A DNA stretch of 64,000 bases from a virus: the IMG/VR virus record IMGVR_UViG_3300021963_009201, positions 96,001 through 160,000 of that record. One strand, written 5' to 3'. The notes under the pieces were generated by a model that ran no database searches, had not been told where the DNA came from, and saw only the letters and a list, made by a program, of their open reading frames with translations. Below are positions 1-10,440 of the stretch, in pieces. Positions within the stretch are counted from its first letter, which is position 1. Each line of letters begins with the position of its first letter. A program made the position numbers and the translations under genes.

Positions 1-1545
1 TTAGATGACGACGCAGTGTACAAGTATCTTAGCGGTGGAAATTCTATGGGAATATTCCAGGTAGAGTCAAGGGGCATGCGCGATATGATGCTCTCTATGA
101 GGCCGGATAGGATTGAGGACATCATGGCGCTCATATCACTTTATCGTCCTGGCCCACTTGGTTCTGGTATGGATAAAATATATATAGACAGAAAACATGG
201 GCGCAAAAGCGCCGAGGTTCCACACCCAAAACTAGAAGACGTATTACAGAAGTCTCGTGGCGTCATGCTTTATCAAGAAGACGTAATCAATGTGGCTAGA
301 GTATTGGCCGGCTTTAGTGCTTCTGAGGCTGATGACCTTAGGAAAGTTATTGGCAAAAAGCAAATGGACAAGGTCCACCTTTTGAGGGAGAAGTTTGTCG
401 AAGGCTGTAAGAAGCACAGTGGTGTAAATGAAAATTTAGCGAATAAAATATATTCAGATATAGAATACTTCGCTGGTTACGGCTTCAATAAAGCCCACGC
501 CGCATCGTATGCCGTTCTTTCCTATATTACGGCTTGGCTAAAATGTTTCTTCCCTATGGAGTATATGACGGCATTATTGACTTCTGTGGCTACGAATAAA
601 GATAAGCTTTCGCCGTACCTTAATGAATGCAGAAAAATGGATATTAAAGTCCTTCCCCCGTCAATGAAGGACTCATCCTCTGATTTTACTATATCGGATG
701 AAGATGAAATAATTTTTGGCTTTTCTGCAATTGATGGAATTGGCGACTCAAAAATACATGAAATTCTTGCCAATAGAGGCTCTACTAACATATGGGAATT
801 CTTAAGGAATTGTGAATCCGGAGTAATAAATAAGGCCACACTTGAGCATTTGATAAAATCGGGTGCTTTTGATGAATTGTCCCCAGAAAGTAAAAGCGTA
901 AACAGGTCTGACAAGCTTGATCTTTTAGAAATGGAAAAAGATGAGCTTGGTCTTTATGTGACTGACCACCCACTGTTGGAAGTTTGGGATTTTATTTTAC
1001 CAAAAGTTTCGTGCGATATAGAGAGTTTAAAAACCATATCTGATGGGGAATTAGTTAAGATAGGCGGAATTGTAGCCAAAAAGCAGTCTATTATGACTAA
1101 GGCAAATAAGCAAATGTACAGGCTTCAGATAGACGACGTAACGAGTAGCACTGAAGTTATAGTATTTCCCAAATACGCGCAAAAAGTGGTAGAAGCAAAT
1201 ATAGAATCAGGCTCGCTGGTTGTACTGAGCGGTAATGTAGCTTTTGAGGGTGATGAGGAAAATTTAATAGTTAAAATTTTATTATCTGATATAGAAAAGT
1301 TAGACATTTCATTACTTCATGGGGGGAAGCCAATTAGGTTATCGGTTCGAGAAAAACCACATTATGGCCAAATAGTCAAAATAAGTGATATAATCAATAA
1401 TGTGTCAGGAGACTGTCCAGTGTACCTTGAGTTCCCTGATGGCAACAATCTTATGACTATGAAGTTCAAAGGGTCTACTTCGTCGAGCATAGAGGAAGAT
1501 CTTAAGAAAATTATACAAATATTTGAATTTGAAATGGAGAATTGA
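1..1545 (+). CDS. dnaE: DNA polymerase III alpha subunit, C-terminal part (gene starts before the window)
   Basis: Motifs GIFQVESRGM, ALISLYRPGP, GVMLYQE, YGFNKAHAASYA, FGFSAIDGIG and a C-terminal OB fold; frame is open from base 1. Confidence 0.95.
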   Translation, partial: LDDDAVYKYLSGGNSMGIFQVESRGMRDMMLSMRPDRIEDIMALISLYRPGPLGSGMDKIYIDRKHGRKSAEVPHPKLEDVLQKSRGVMLYQEDVINVARVLAGFSASEADDLRKVIGKKQMDKVHLLREKFVEGCKKHSGVNENLANKIYSDIEYFAGYGFNKAHAASYAVLSYITAWLKCFFPMEYMTALLTSVATNKDKLSPYLNECRKMDIKVLPPSMKDSSSDFTISDEDEIIFGFSAIDGIGDSKIHEILANRGSTNIWEFLRNCESGVINKATLEHLIKSGAFDELSPESKSVNRSDKLDLLEMEKDELGLYVTDHPLLEVWDFILPKVSCDIESLKTISDGELVKIGGIVAKKQSIMTKANKQMYRLQIDDVTSSTEVIVFPKYAQKVVEANIESGSLVVLSGNVAFEGDEENLIVKILLSDIEKLDISLLHGGKPIRLSVREKPHYGQIVKISDIINNVSGDCPVYLEFPDGNNLMTMKFKGSTSSSIEEDLKKIIQIFEFEMEN

Positions 1546-1955
1546 TGGAATATTTGGCCCCAAAGGGTACCTATAGGGATCCATTTACTCGGCACTGCTG
1601 GAAAACTTGTGGGTCGTGCGGGAGGTGCGAGAATAAAGGCAGTAGATCTCAATGTAACGGCTGTAGCGGTAGGGTTGATGAGTTAGGGCAAAAAGTTCCA
1701 CATATTGACGACAGGTGCAGGTGTACCGAAGGTATTCTCCAGCTTGTAAATAAAGATGGGAAAATGTTTCAGGTTAGAATGCCGCGCAATCCTTTTGCCG
1801 GAACTGTAACTCATGAAGCAAAAAGTCAAGATGAACAAGACTACGAAGCCTACCTTAATGAACAAAGAGAAAAGTTTGACAACCCAAACTGGGATGCCGT
1901 AACTTTTGATGATGGTGGCAGTGTCCAGGATTGGTCTAACTCAAGGCGAGGGTGA
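1542..1955 (+). CDS. Cys-rich hypothetical protein
   Basis: Several CxxC motifs; 4-nt overlap with the dnaE stop. Confidence 0.6.
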   Translation: MMEYLAPKGTYRDPFTRHCWKTCGSCGRCENKGSRSQCNGCSGRVDELGQKVPHIDDRCRCTEGILQLVNKDGKMFQVRMPRNPFAGTVTHEAKSQDEQDYEAYLNEQREKFDNPNWDAVTFDDGGSVQDWSNSRRG

Positions 1956-2133
1956 TAATGATAAAAAATGTCTATGAAAATGGCGACTCAATAATTGAGG
2001 TTAGAGTCCATAAGGATGGCTATGTAGACTACTGGGTTCAGGTTGGTCAAGCTGGACTAATTCTTGATAGCGACAATATCCTCGACTTAACGCAACTGCT
2101 AAATGCTGTGTGTACAGAGCTGTTGGGAGAATT

Positions 2134-2283
2134 ATGAATTTAGAAGATGATTTTATGGAAATTGGGAATACTGGCTTGATACCTATTGGTGAAGGTTTGT
2201 TTTGGGACAAGAAAACAAATTCAATAGTAGAACTAAAAAAGGAGGACGAAGATGACGCAGAAGAAGATGCCAAAAGAAGTTAA
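2134..2283 (+). CDS. small acidic hypothetical protein (not in the ORF track)
   Basis: MNLEDDFMEIGNTGLIPIGEG...; ATG overlaps the stop of the preceding ORF. Confidence 0.45.
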   Translation: MNLEDDFMEIGNTGLIPIGEGLFWDKKTNSIVELKKEDEDDAEEDAKRS

Positions 2284-2602
2284 AATAGGTCCATATAAAT
2301 TTCAGATCAAAAATGATAAACCATCAATGGACTCCGCCAGGGTCAGGTTCGAATCAATTGAAGCTATTGGGTTTACGTCAACTCATGAACAGTGTATTTA
2401 TGTTGATCCAGATTTAGGCGATGACATGCGAGCTGAAACACTTTTGCATGAAATTATACATGGCATTTGCGAGGCTACAGGCATCTCTACTTCTTTCGAC
2501 GAAAAAGAAGAAGAAACATTTATCGCAACAGTTACACCATTGCTATTAGATGTCTTGCGTAGCAATAGTGAAGTAGTCGACTATATGTTAGGTTTAGAAT
2601 AA
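2252..2602 (+). CDS. zincin-like (HExxH) metallopeptidase-fold protein
   Basis: ETLLHEIIHGI motif. Confidence 0.6.
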   Translation: MTQKKMPKEVKIGPYKFQIKNDKPSMDSARVRFESIEAIGFTSTHEQCIYVDPDLGDDMRAETLLHEIIHGICEATGISTSFDEKEEETFIATVTPLLLDVLRSNSEVVDYMLGLE

Positions 2603-2604
2603 TT

Positions 2605-3393
2605 ATGACAGTTAAGCTATTAGATGAATTAAGCGATTTTGAGAAGTTATCCTTAATACCGATAAGTTACTCTAGGTTAAATACTCTTGATATGTGTGAA
2701 GCAAAGTATTTTTTTTCATATATCCTCAAAGAACCCCAAGCATTTGGACACGCCGCAACGTTGGGCAACATATTGCATAAAGTCTTAGAGGAAAAATTAG
2801 AACCAAACAAAACCATAAGCAAAGACGACTTAGAGACGTTTATCTCGGAATACCATAGTCAAATCCCTTCTTACGATCCAAAATCTGAAATACCGGATAA
2901 TTTCCTTGTCGACGGGGAAAATATGATAACCGAGTTTATCGACCGCCATGACGGAGAATCTTTCAGTATCGAGTACAAAGAAAAAGGGTTTAGCATAGTT
3001 ATAGGCAATGCCTTAGTCAATGGGTATATTGATAGGGTCGACATAGTTGGTGACACTCTTTACATTACTGATTATAAGTCTGGAAAACGTGAAGAATCCC
3101 AAAAGAAAATACCATTTAATGTCCAGTTGGGCATATACGCCCTTGCTATGAAGCGGGAATATCCAGATAAACAAATTCATGCGTCACTTTATTATCTTCG
3201 CTCCGGAAAGCAAAAAGGCCACCTCTATACAGACGATGACCTTAATGCTATTGAGTTATTGATTATGGAACTTGTTAATAAATTGATTAATAAGAATAAC
3301 TTCTCTTATACGCCAAACTCTTTTATATGCTCATTTTGCGATTACGCAAAGAATGGGGTATGCTCAGTTGGTGCTAAGAGGGCGCGACATTAA
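2605..3393 (+). CDS. PD-(D/E)XK exonuclease, RecB/Cas4-like, probable Fe-S cluster
   Basis: SYSRL..C, LGNILH, GYIDRVD, ITDYKSG, QLGIYA and C-terminal CSFCDY..C. Confidence 0.85.
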   Translation: MTVKLLDELSDFEKLSLIPISYSRLNTLDMCEAKYFFSYILKEPQAFGHAATLGNILHKVLEEKLEPNKTISKDDLETFISEYHSQIPSYDPKSEIPDNFLVDGENMITEFIDRHDGESFSIEYKEKGFSIVIGNALVNGYIDRVDIVGDTLYITDYKSGKREESQKKIPFNVQLGIYALAMKREYPDKQIHASLYYLRSGKQKGHLYTDDDLNAIELLIMELVNKLINKNNFSYTPNSFICSFCDYAKNGVCSVGAKRARH

Positions 3394-3644
3394 AAGGTTG
3401 CGCCCTCTAGGTTTACGTTTGCCATAACCTCTAAGGGGTCAATGTCGATATGGGAAAGCTCATATGCTTGCCCTGCGGGGACACCGTAATCAACGAGGTC
3501 GCAAAAAACGTTATCGGTTACTATCTGGATGAGTTGTTCATTTACTGTATTCATGTCGCTTATTTTAGCACTCTTTCTTATGTGTTGCAACTTTTTTGAT
3601 TTTTTTTCTTAATTAGTGTAAAATTATCTTTTACGGAGGTTTAG

Positions 3645-4562
3645 ATGACTGCATCTTGGTCACCCATAGAGGATACGTTTCTCATAGAAAACGCTCACCG
3701 CATGTCTTATGAAGAGCTGTCATTATATCTGGATAAGACGCAGAATGCAATTAGGGAGAGAAGTATTATCCTAGATTGCGTATCATCGGTCTCGGGAGCC
3801 AAAAGCGTACACAAAGTCTGTGCTTACGCAGAATGTAGGAGAATTTTTAAAGTTAAAAAATCGGAGTACTTTAAAAATAATAAGATATTTTGTTCAGACG
3901 AATGCAAAAGTTTTTATGATGCACTTTTTTACCCAACTAAAGAAGAAATTGAAAAACAAATTACTGAGGGTAAAAGTTTTCAGGAAATATCCCAAAAGTT
4001 TAAAATGCCCCAAGGCGCTATGTATGAATGCTATTTGCGTTATGGTTTAAACGGACGTCCTAAAGATTTGGAAAAAATCTTATTGTTAAACCAACAAAAA
4101 TCTAAGGTAGAAAAAAGAAATACAGCACTAAATCAATCTGGCAGGTTTCCTATGACTAAGTTTAGGGGTGGCTATAAACCTTACCTTGGCGTCTCCGTAA
4201 GGAGCGGCTGGGAGAATAATGTTCTCTTATGGCTTAATCACCAGAGGATAAAATGGGATTATGAACCTGAGGTCTTTTACTTCAATGAAGTAAAGCGCGG
4301 AACTAAAGGTTATACACCTGATATATGGTTGAAGAAAGAAAAAATATGGATAGAAGTTAAAGGCTATCTATCGTCTGTTGATAAAACAAAAACAAAAAGA
4401 TTCAAAAAATACTACCCAGATCAATTTAAAAACCTGCATGTTATAACTAAAAATGATAAAGTAGAAAGTACAAAGTTTTTTCAAGATATGGGCGTACCAG
4501 TGTATGCTTTTTATGATGACATAAACGAAGGATTTAATCATTTACCAAATTGGATACACTAA
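3645..4562 (+). CDS. HTH/Zn-finger protein with C-terminal PD-(D/E)XK endonuclease domain
   Basis: RSGWENNV..WDYEPEVF..YTPDIWL..IEVKGY; N-terminal WSPIEDTFL-type HTH and a Cys cluster. Confidence 0.65.
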   Translation: MTASWSPIEDTFLIENAHRMSYEELSLYLDKTQNAIRERSIILDCVSSVSGAKSVHKVCAYAECRRIFKVKKSEYFKNNKIFCSDECKSFYDALFYPTKEEIEKQITEGKSFQEISQKFKMPQGAMYECYLRYGLNGRPKDLEKILLLNQQKSKVEKRNTALNQSGRFPMTKFRGGYKPYLGVSVRSGWENNVLLWLNHQRIKWDYEPEVFYFNEVKRGTKGYTPDIWLKKEKIWIEVKGYLSSVDKTKTKRFKKYYPDQFKNLHVITKNDKVESTKFFQDMGVPVYAFYDDINEGFNHLPNWIH

Positions 4563-4569
4563 GGAACCT

Positions 4570-5421
4570 ATGCCTAAAGCTAAGTCTAAACCAAAAAAAG
4601 ATATTTCAAATCAATACTATACGCTGACAGAAGACGAGATACAAGACCTCATTTCTAAGGCTAAAGATGGCGTATCTAGCGCTCAAATGGAGCTTCTAAA
4701 GATATTTGAGCCTTTCCTGAGTAAATATGTAACGCTATTGCACTATGGTAAGTATAAACTTTCTGATTATGATATACGTCAGTTTATAAACCTTTTCGTA
4801 CCAGATAAAATGGTTGGCTTTTACCTAAAGCGCAATAAGCTTAATTCTGTGGGGCTTTCTAAGGTCCAGGAAACCGTACAGGGAATTAGATATATGGTGG
4901 AACGCTATGGCGACGAGGAGGATACAAGGCAGACTGTTCATCTTGCATTTCTTCAATGCCTAATGAATTATAAGAGGACAGAGTCTAAAGCTGGAGGTTA
5001 TGTTCCTTTTAGCGGGTATATTTATAGTTATTTTTATTTTATTTTAAGTAAACATGTTAAGACATTCCTAATTGATCAGCTTGGTAGAAAAACTTTTCCC
5101 TTAATCAGTGATGAGGATTTTGGCGAAACAGAATCTGACGAAAAGCCTCAAGGGTTTACTGCCCCACCTGAACCTTCGGTGGAGGACTTACTAGGGCCTG
5201 AGATAATTGACGAATTTTGGGTAGCTGGTGATACGGTTATCTTCCCTTTCGATAGAATCACTATGCAAGAACGGCAACTTTTAAAGTGGAGATTTGTTGA
5301 TGGTTACAAATCGAGCGAAATAGCACAAAGAATAACTGAACACCCTAATACCGTAAGGGAACATTTTAATAAAATAAGACTTAAATTAATGGATGCACTA
5401 ATGGAGAGCGAACTCTCTTAA
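4570..5421 (+). CDS. phage sigma70-family factor
   Basis: Region 2-like segment (QTVHLAFLQCL..FSGY) and region 4 HTH (QERQLLKWRFVDGYKSSEIAQRITEHPNTVREHFNKIRLKL). Confidence 0.75.
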   Translation: MPKAKSKPKKDISNQYYTLTEDEIQDLISKAKDGVSSAQMELLKIFEPFLSKYVTLLHYGKYKLSDYDIRQFINLFVPDKMVGFYLKRNKLNSVGLSKVQETVQGIRYMVERYGDEEDTRQTVHLAFLQCLMNYKRTESKAGGYVPFSGYIYSYFYFILSKHVKTFLIDQLGRKTFPLISDEDFGETESDEKPQGFTAPPEPSVEDLLGPEIIDEFWVAGDTVIFPFDRITMQERQLLKWRFVDGYKSSEIAQRITEHPNTVREHFNKIRLKLMDALMESELS

Positions 5422-5446
5422 GTCCTAAGAAAGTGGATTAAAAATT

Positions 5447-5617
5447 ATGACAACTGCTACAAACGACATTTCATACGCAAGGGACTTTTGCCTTAATTGC
5501 GGGCACTATCATCGCAAGGATAACTCTAGTAAACCATTTGACTGCATGTTAGGCCATGACTGTAAATGTAAGGAAAAGAACTTTTTACCAAGAAAAAATA
5601 AGGGTTCTTTTGGTTGA
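5447..5617 (+). CDS. small Cys/His zinc-finger protein (56 aa, not in the ORF track)
   Basis: Manual translation MTTATNDISYARDFCLNCGHYHRKDNSSKPFDCMLGHDCKCKEKNF... Confidence 0.5.
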   Translation: MTTATNDISYARDFCLNCGHYHRKDNSSKPFDCMLGHDCKCKEKNFLPRKNKGSFG

Positions 5618-5627
5618 GTCAAATACC

Positions 5628-5638
5628 TATTACTAATA
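5628..5638 (+). promoter_or_regulatory. candidate late promoter motif TATTACTAATA
   Basis: Same core found upstream of three late genes; about 55 nt before the 5694 start. Confidence 0.5.
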
Positions 5639-5693
5639 TAGGGTGTCCACATAGTGTGGGATAAATCTTTTATTTAAGCTTAAAGGACCAAAT

Positions 5694-6368
5694 ATGAGTG
5701 TTAGATTCCAATTCAACCGCGGCACTGCAGCAGCATGGACTGCGTCAAACCTTGTTTTGACCGCCGGAGAAATGGGTGTTGAAACTGATACTGGCAAGTT
5801 CAAGGTTGGCGATGGGACAACTGCCTGGAACTCCCTTAGCTACTCTTCTGGCCCAACTGGACCTACGGGCCCTATTGGACCTACGGGCCCAACCGGGTCT
5901 ACTGGCCCGACCGGACCTACTGGAGCTGCCTCTACAGTGACCGGCCCAACCGGGTCTACTGGCCCGACCGGACCTACTGGTGCCACTGGATCCACTGGTC
6001 CTACCGGGGCGGCCTCAACTGTGACAGGCCCAACCGGGGCATCCGGCGACTGGTCTACAGCGCAGACGCTTAACTCACAAAGTGGCACATCCTACACTGT
6101 TCAGTCCACGGATGTTGGGAAACTTATAGTCACAACAGGTGCTGGTTCTGGCGGTATTGTTACTGTTACGGTTAATACTGGGCTGGGGTTAGTTGCCGGC
6201 CAAAGAATAGACTTATTGCAAACGGGAACCGGCCAAATTAGCATTGCGGGTACTGCAACAGTTAATGGAACGCCAACCAAAAAGACTAGAGCACAATATA
6301 GTGCAGCCACACTTATTTGCACGGCCACTGATACCTACGTAATCGTTGGCGATTTGGCGGCTTCGTAA
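5694..6368 (+). CDS. collagen-like virion fibre protein with Mtd_N/hyaluronidase-type N-terminus
   Basis: [32 protein letters not shown] followed by G-P-T triplets. Confidence 0.8.
   Translation: MSVRFQFNRGTAAAWTASNLVLTAGEMGVETDTGKFKVGDGTTAWNSLSYSSGPTGPTGPIGPTGPTGSTGPTGPTGAASTVTGPTGSTGPTGPTGATGSTGPTGAASTVTGPTGASGDWSTAQTLNSQSGTSYTVQSTDVGKLIVTTGAGSGGIVTVTVNTGLGLVAGQRIDLLQTGTGQISIAGTATVNGTPTKKTRAQYSAATLICTATDTYVIVGDLAAS
5850..6044 (+). repeat. collagen Gly-Pro-Thr coding repeats
   Basis: ggcccaaccgggtctactggcccgaccggacctactgg occurs at 5886 and again at 5943. Confidence 0.85.
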
Positions 6369-7213
6369 TGCCTAGCACTGTTGGAATCGTTGCTTCGGGG
6401 GAGATGTTCCCATTTTTTACTGGAGGCACTGTTACTGTAGTAGGCGGATACCGAGTCCATAGATTTACTACTTCCGGCATAGCAACACTCACTATGGTTT
6501 ACCCTGGTGAAGTTAGTTATTTAGTGGTTGGTGGTGGAGGTGCTGGCGGCTCGAACGTCACAGGCACCTATAGCCGAGTGGGTGCTGGTGGCGGTGGAGC
6601 AGGTGGCCTTCGTACTGGAACCCTGTCGATCACCGGTAATCAGACCATCACGGTCGGCTCGGGTGGTACGGGGGCAAGCGCCGTGTCCGTAGGAGCGAAC
6701 GGAGGTAACTCCTCCATTGGGTCTCTTGTCATAGCCACTGGTGGTGGTGGGGGGGGAGCATCTTCGGTTGGTTCTAACGGAGGATCGGGCGGTGGTGGTG
6801 GTGCGCGGACAAGTGCGTCATTCGCTGGTGGAACCGGTGTCTCCGGTCAGGGATTTGCTGGAGGTACAGGCAACTACACCACGGCTGGCGCGCAACCCGC
6901 TGGTGGTGCTGGCGGTGGCGGAGCAGGCGCAGTCGGAGAATCGGGTATTGGCTCAATGACTGGTGGCGTTGGCCTCAGTATCTCGATTGCCGGAGTGAGT
7001 GAGGACTTTGCTGGTGGAGGCAACGGCGGTACTAATACGAACTCTGGCAACTCTACCAATATCGGATTCGGCGGAGGTCTGAGTGCTGGTGGAACGGGCG
7101 GAACCGCAACGTCAGGTACTGTCAACAAGGGCGCAGGTGGAGGCGGACACGCAGGTGGTGGAACTGCTGGTTCCGGTGGCTCAGGCGTAGTTATTATCTG
7201 GTATAAGATCTAA
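6368..7213 (+). CDS. glycine-rich virion-associated protein
   Basis: GYRVHRFTTSG..VSYLVVGGGGAGG..GAGGGGAGG..GSGVVIIWY; start overlaps the upstream stop. Confidence 0.75.
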   Translation: MPSTVGIVASGEMFPFFTGGTVTVVGGYRVHRFTTSGIATLTMVYPGEVSYLVVGGGGAGGSNVTGTYSRVGAGGGGAGGLRTGTLSITGNQTITVGSGGTGASAVSVGANGGNSSIGSLVIATGGGGGGASSVGSNGGSGGGGGARTSASFAGGTGVSGQGFAGGTGNYTTAGAQPAGGAGGGGAGAVGESGIGSMTGGVGLSISIAGVSEDFAGGGNGGTNTNSGNSTNIGFGGGLSAGGTGGTATSGTVNKGAGGGGHAGGGTAGSGGSGVVIIWYKI

Positions 7214-7283
7214 GAACGTCCTTTATGAGGGGTTGAACGCGGAAAGTACAAAACTGCGCAAATTTGATTTATACTATAGTATA

Positions 7284-7293
7284 ATTACTAATA
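7284..7293 (+). promoter_or_regulatory. candidate late promoter motif ATTACTAATA
   Basis: About 31 nt upstream of the endolysin start. Confidence 0.5.
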
Positions 7294-7324
7294 TGGTATA
7301 TAAATAAAAACTAGGAGAAAAATT

Positions 7325-8398
7325 ATGGGTTATTACCTATTGGACAATCCGCCAGCAAGTAGACAATTTTACCCTTCTCGCCAAAATGGTATCAGTGGTG
7401 GGGTTGTAATCCACACGACAGAAGGTTCCGGTGGCTATACGTCGGCAGAAAACACAGCAGGATTTATTTCTAGGCGATCTGACCCTGGTAGCTATCACTG
7501 TATAGTTGATTCAGAACCCAACACTGCAGTACAGATGATGCCAGATGACTATACGGCATTTGGAGTCGCAGCATCGGGATACAATAGCAAATGCTGGATG
7601 ATCGCAATTGCCGCACGTTCATCGGATCTGAACCCAGATAGTCCAGAGACTCAGACAGAGATTGATAACATGGGTCGCGAGATCGCAGCATTTTGGCAGC
7701 GTAATGGCATTAATGTAGCCGAAGCTTCACAGTTTATTGGTGAAGATGTTAAGGATCGACCAGGTCTCGCCCACCATGGCGATGTTCAGCCCTGGGACAG
7801 ATCTGACGCATGGTCCCGCAGGGAAGACCGGTGGGCCTTTGATGCGGCTTTACTACAGGCTATTGAGCGCCACAGTGGCACGGCCCCCATAGCACCTCCT
7901 ACCCCTACTCAGCCCGTCCCTGTGGCCCCGGAGAGCGTCTGGAAGCTCGGCTCCACTGGAGATAAGGTCAAGCAGATACAGGGCATTGTAGGGGTTGCCC
8001 AGGATGGTGTATTTGGCCCAAAGACAGAAGCAGCCGTCCGCCAATGGCAGTCAAATCTTGGCATCGGTGCTGACGGCGTCTGGGGCCCTCAGACTGAGCA
8101 GGCAACACATGATCTATTCGTCTTCCTCGCTAATCTATCAGCAGTAGAACAGACTGCACCGGATAACCCATTTTTTGTGGCTCTTAACAATGCAACTCAG
8201 CAGGTTCTCCGTATGGGGTCAAACGGCGATGCTGTAAAGATCCTTCAAGCCGGACTTAACGGCAAGGGCTATAGGCTCGTTGCTGACGGAGTATTTGGCT
8301 CAAATACGGATGGTGCTGTTAGGCGTTTCCAGGCAGATAGAGGGCTTCAGGCCGATGGTATTGTTGGGCCACGGACCTGGAATGCTCTTTTATCTTAA
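7325..8398 (+). CDS. endolysin: N-acetylmuramoyl-L-alanine amidase with two peptidoglycan-binding domains
   Basis: [17 protein letters not shown] amidase motifs; two L..GS.GD.VK..Q..ADG.FG..T..AVR..Q repeats; AGGAG RBS. Confidence 0.9.
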   Translation: MGYYLLDNPPASRQFYPSRQNGISGGVVIHTTEGSGGYTSAENTAGFISRRSDPGSYHCIVDSEPNTAVQMMPDDYTAFGVAASGYNSKCWMIAIAARSSDLNPDSPETQTEIDNMGREIAAFWQRNGINVAEASQFIGEDVKDRPGLAHHGDVQPWDRSDAWSRREDRWAFDAALLQAIERHSGTAPIAPPTPTQPVPVAPESVWKLGSTGDKVKQIQGIVGVAQDGVFGPKTEAAVRQWQSNLGIGADGVWGPQTEQATHDLFVFLANLSAVEQTAPDNPFFVALNNATQQVLRMGSNGDAVKILQAGLNGKGYRLVADGVFGSNTDGAVRRFQADRGLQADGIVGPRTWNALLS

Positions 8399-8437
8399 GA
8401 AATAGTTTTTAACAACTATAATTTAGCTTGGACATAC

Positions 8438-8469
8438 AATAGGACCCCACTAGGGGTCCTATTTTTTTT
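8438..8469 (+). terminator. intrinsic terminator after the endolysin
   Basis: AATAGGACCCC-ACTA-GGGGTCCTATT followed by a T run. Confidence 0.85.
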
Positions 8470-8496
8470 GTATTCTTGTTCTTCATAAATATAAGT

Positions 8497-8507
8497 TATT
8501 ACTAATA
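8497..8507 (+). promoter_or_regulatory. candidate late promoter motif TATTACTAATA
   Basis: Lies just after the terminator, about 35 nt before the 8543 start. Confidence 0.5.
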
Positions 8508-8542
8508 CTTATGTTGTCCGTCCACCACGTAAAGGGTACTCG

Positions 8543-8980
8543 ATGCTATTGACTATACTGGCAGAACTCCCTCAATGGCTAAACAATTTAGCCACAGATT
8601 TAGGGACTTTATGGCCTATCGTGCTTTTTGTAGGTGCGGCGTACGGCTTAATAAAATGGATCACTAGAAAATTCCAGCAAGAAGTAAAAGAGCTTATCAT
8701 AGGAGAGGTGGAACCTATTAAGGCAGAGTTCAAAAACAATGGTGGATCATCCTTCAAGGATTCTGTAGACAGAATAGAAGAAGGCTATAAGAGCGTCAGA
8801 ACAGATTTAGATCATATGAAGTCCGACATTGATTGCATAAGAGCGGATATATTGTCTATAGCAAAAAAGTCCCAAGACGATCATAGAGCCCTGAGGGATA
8901 TGATCAAAAGTCTTGAGACTAAAAATGACAATATGTGGCAAGAAATTCAAAAAGTCAAGCCTAAAAAAACAGACTTTTAG
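8543..8980 (+). CDS. membrane protein with coiled coil (possible lysis or holin-like accessory)
   Basis: One N-terminal hydrophobic helix then heptad repeats; adjacent to the endolysin. Confidence 0.5.
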   Translation: MLLTILAELPQWLNNLATDLGTLWPIVLFVGAAYGLIKWITRKFQQEVKELIIGEVEPIKAEFKNNGGSSFKDSVDRIEEGYKSVRTDLDHMKSDIDCIRADILSIAKKSQDDHRALRDMIKSLETKNDNMWQEIQKVKPKKTDF

Positions 8981-9303
8981 GCGCGACCTTCATTCTGCGC
9001 ATCTTTAATTAAAGAGTATCTTTGAAAGGTCTCGCTAGACGTAAGTGCAAACCCAATCTCTGCAGCTTTTGTTATTGCTGCGTGCAGGGAGTCTAGATCT
9101 TGCATTGATTCACCGTTTAATGGTAGTGCGAGGCCAGAATATACGTCGATATTTTCAAAATTGCCAATGTTTGCCTTCCTATTAACTCCGCAGATAAAAA
9201 CCGGAACTGTTGTAACAGCAATACTTGACAGAGTTTGCTCAATGGCTTCTTCAATTGGGGAGTTGTTAGTCTGGTCTTTTGCAGTTTTTGATATATTAGG
9301 CAT
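8977..9303 (-). CDS. hypothetical protein
   Basis: Last gene of the convergent - strand block. Confidence 0.6.
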   Translation of the reverse strand: MPNISKTAKDQTNNSPIEEAIEQTLSSIAVTTVPVFICGVNRKANIGNFENIDVYSGLALPLNGESMQDLDSLHAAITKAAEIGFALTSSETFQRYSLIKDAQNEGRA

Positions 9304-10084
9304 GAATGCGGCTTATCTCTTTCTTTATCGTGTTTAATGAAACTTCAGCTTGTTGTTCTATAGACATATTATCAGTATCTATAATCGAATCTATAATTTC
9401 TTCTCTAATTAATTCAACTTGTTCCGATTTATGGTTAAGTTCACTATCTGGCATTGTGTAGCCGTCACGTTTATTTAGGCGTTCAAGCCTGACTTCTGGT
9501 GAAGCATCAAATCTAATTAATATTCCACCAGGCAGTGATTTTATCATCTCTGCCTCATTTTCGTAGCGCACATCCGAGATTAGGCATACATATCTATCGA
9601 TTGTTTCATTTTCCTCATCAGGATCAGAGAGGAGTGTAGCAGATCTTTGGTAGGCTTTACGTTTCGCCCATTGGGTAAAACAGTTTTCATACTGCTCTCT
9701 GCAGATTTCGCCAGCTTTTTGTAAAAAGGCCCTTGGTTTAACATCGTCGTTAATGGGCATTGGGAGTGATGCTATGTCTTTAGTCGTTTTTATAAATTGA
9801 TCATATGACGGAGCACCATAAAGTGGACTACCACCAAAAAGGTCAAATAGCACTTCGTGGAGCTGAAAAAGAATTCTATCTTCTTCTTTCTCTCCCTTAG
9901 TCATCCTCTTGATAGAAGCCATTTCGTAAAGCGGCATTGCGAAAAAACTGTGATCCCAAACTACTCCATTATGGTGGTCGAACTTGATAGTGTGAGATGG
10001 TACTATAGCATTAGCTACGCTAGTCTTACCCGTTCCTGCCCTGCCGCAAAGTCCTATTATAATTGGGAATTTATCTTTATCCAT
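9296..10084 (-). CDS. deoxynucleoside monophosphate kinase
   Basis: IIGLCGRAGTGKT P-loop, FAMPL, RAFLQKAGE, ISDVRYENEA. Confidence 0.85.
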   Translation of the reverse strand: MDKDKFPIIIGLCGRAGTGKTSVANAIVPSHTIKFDHHNGVVWDHSFFAMPLYEMASIKRMTKGEKEEDRILFQLHEVLFDLFGGSPLYGAPSYDQFIKTTKDIASLPMPINDDVKPRAFLQKAGEICREQYENCFTQWAKRKAYQRSATLLSDPDEENETIDRYVCLISDVRYENEAEMIKSLPGGILIRFDASPEVRLERLNKRDGYTMPDSELNHKSEQVELIREEIIDSIIDTDNMSIEQQAEVSLNTIKKEISRIHA

Positions 10085-10440
10085 GAGATGTGTTGTGACA
10101 CTCCTGTAGAGCTTATATTGTAGATGAGCTATTATACAGGAGTGCCTTTCCTTAAATCAAGTTACTTATTTTTACTACTTCTTCTTTTAGCGTAGTAATG
10201 AATCCCTACAAGTACGGCTCCACCTATTATCAAAGCTATTGCTTGGGTAATTTTTGTTCTTACGAATATCTTCATAGTAACACATGCGCATATGGCTATC
10301 TAACCAAACGCGCGTTCGCAACCATTCCGCTACCGCACTGCCACCAAGCTGTAATCTAAGGCCTTAAATAAAAATCCTACTGCCTTTATAAAAAAAGCGT
10401 GTGATCTAAGGCTCTAGTCAAAAAAGCTTAAAAGAAAAAG

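Noticed and set aside
1-1545. Intein or split in dnaE
   Set aside because: The visible part is continuous through YGFNKAH with no intein motifs; the 5' part is outside the window.
2605-3393. Cas4-like nuclease as a sign of CRISPR-Cas
   Set aside because: No cas1/cas2 and no repeat-spacer array seen in the window; solo Cas4/RecB-like nucleases are common in phage replication regions.
5694-6368. Mtd-like N-terminus suggesting a diversity-generating retroelement
   Set aside because: No reverse transcriptase and no template/variable repeat pair differing at adenines were seen.
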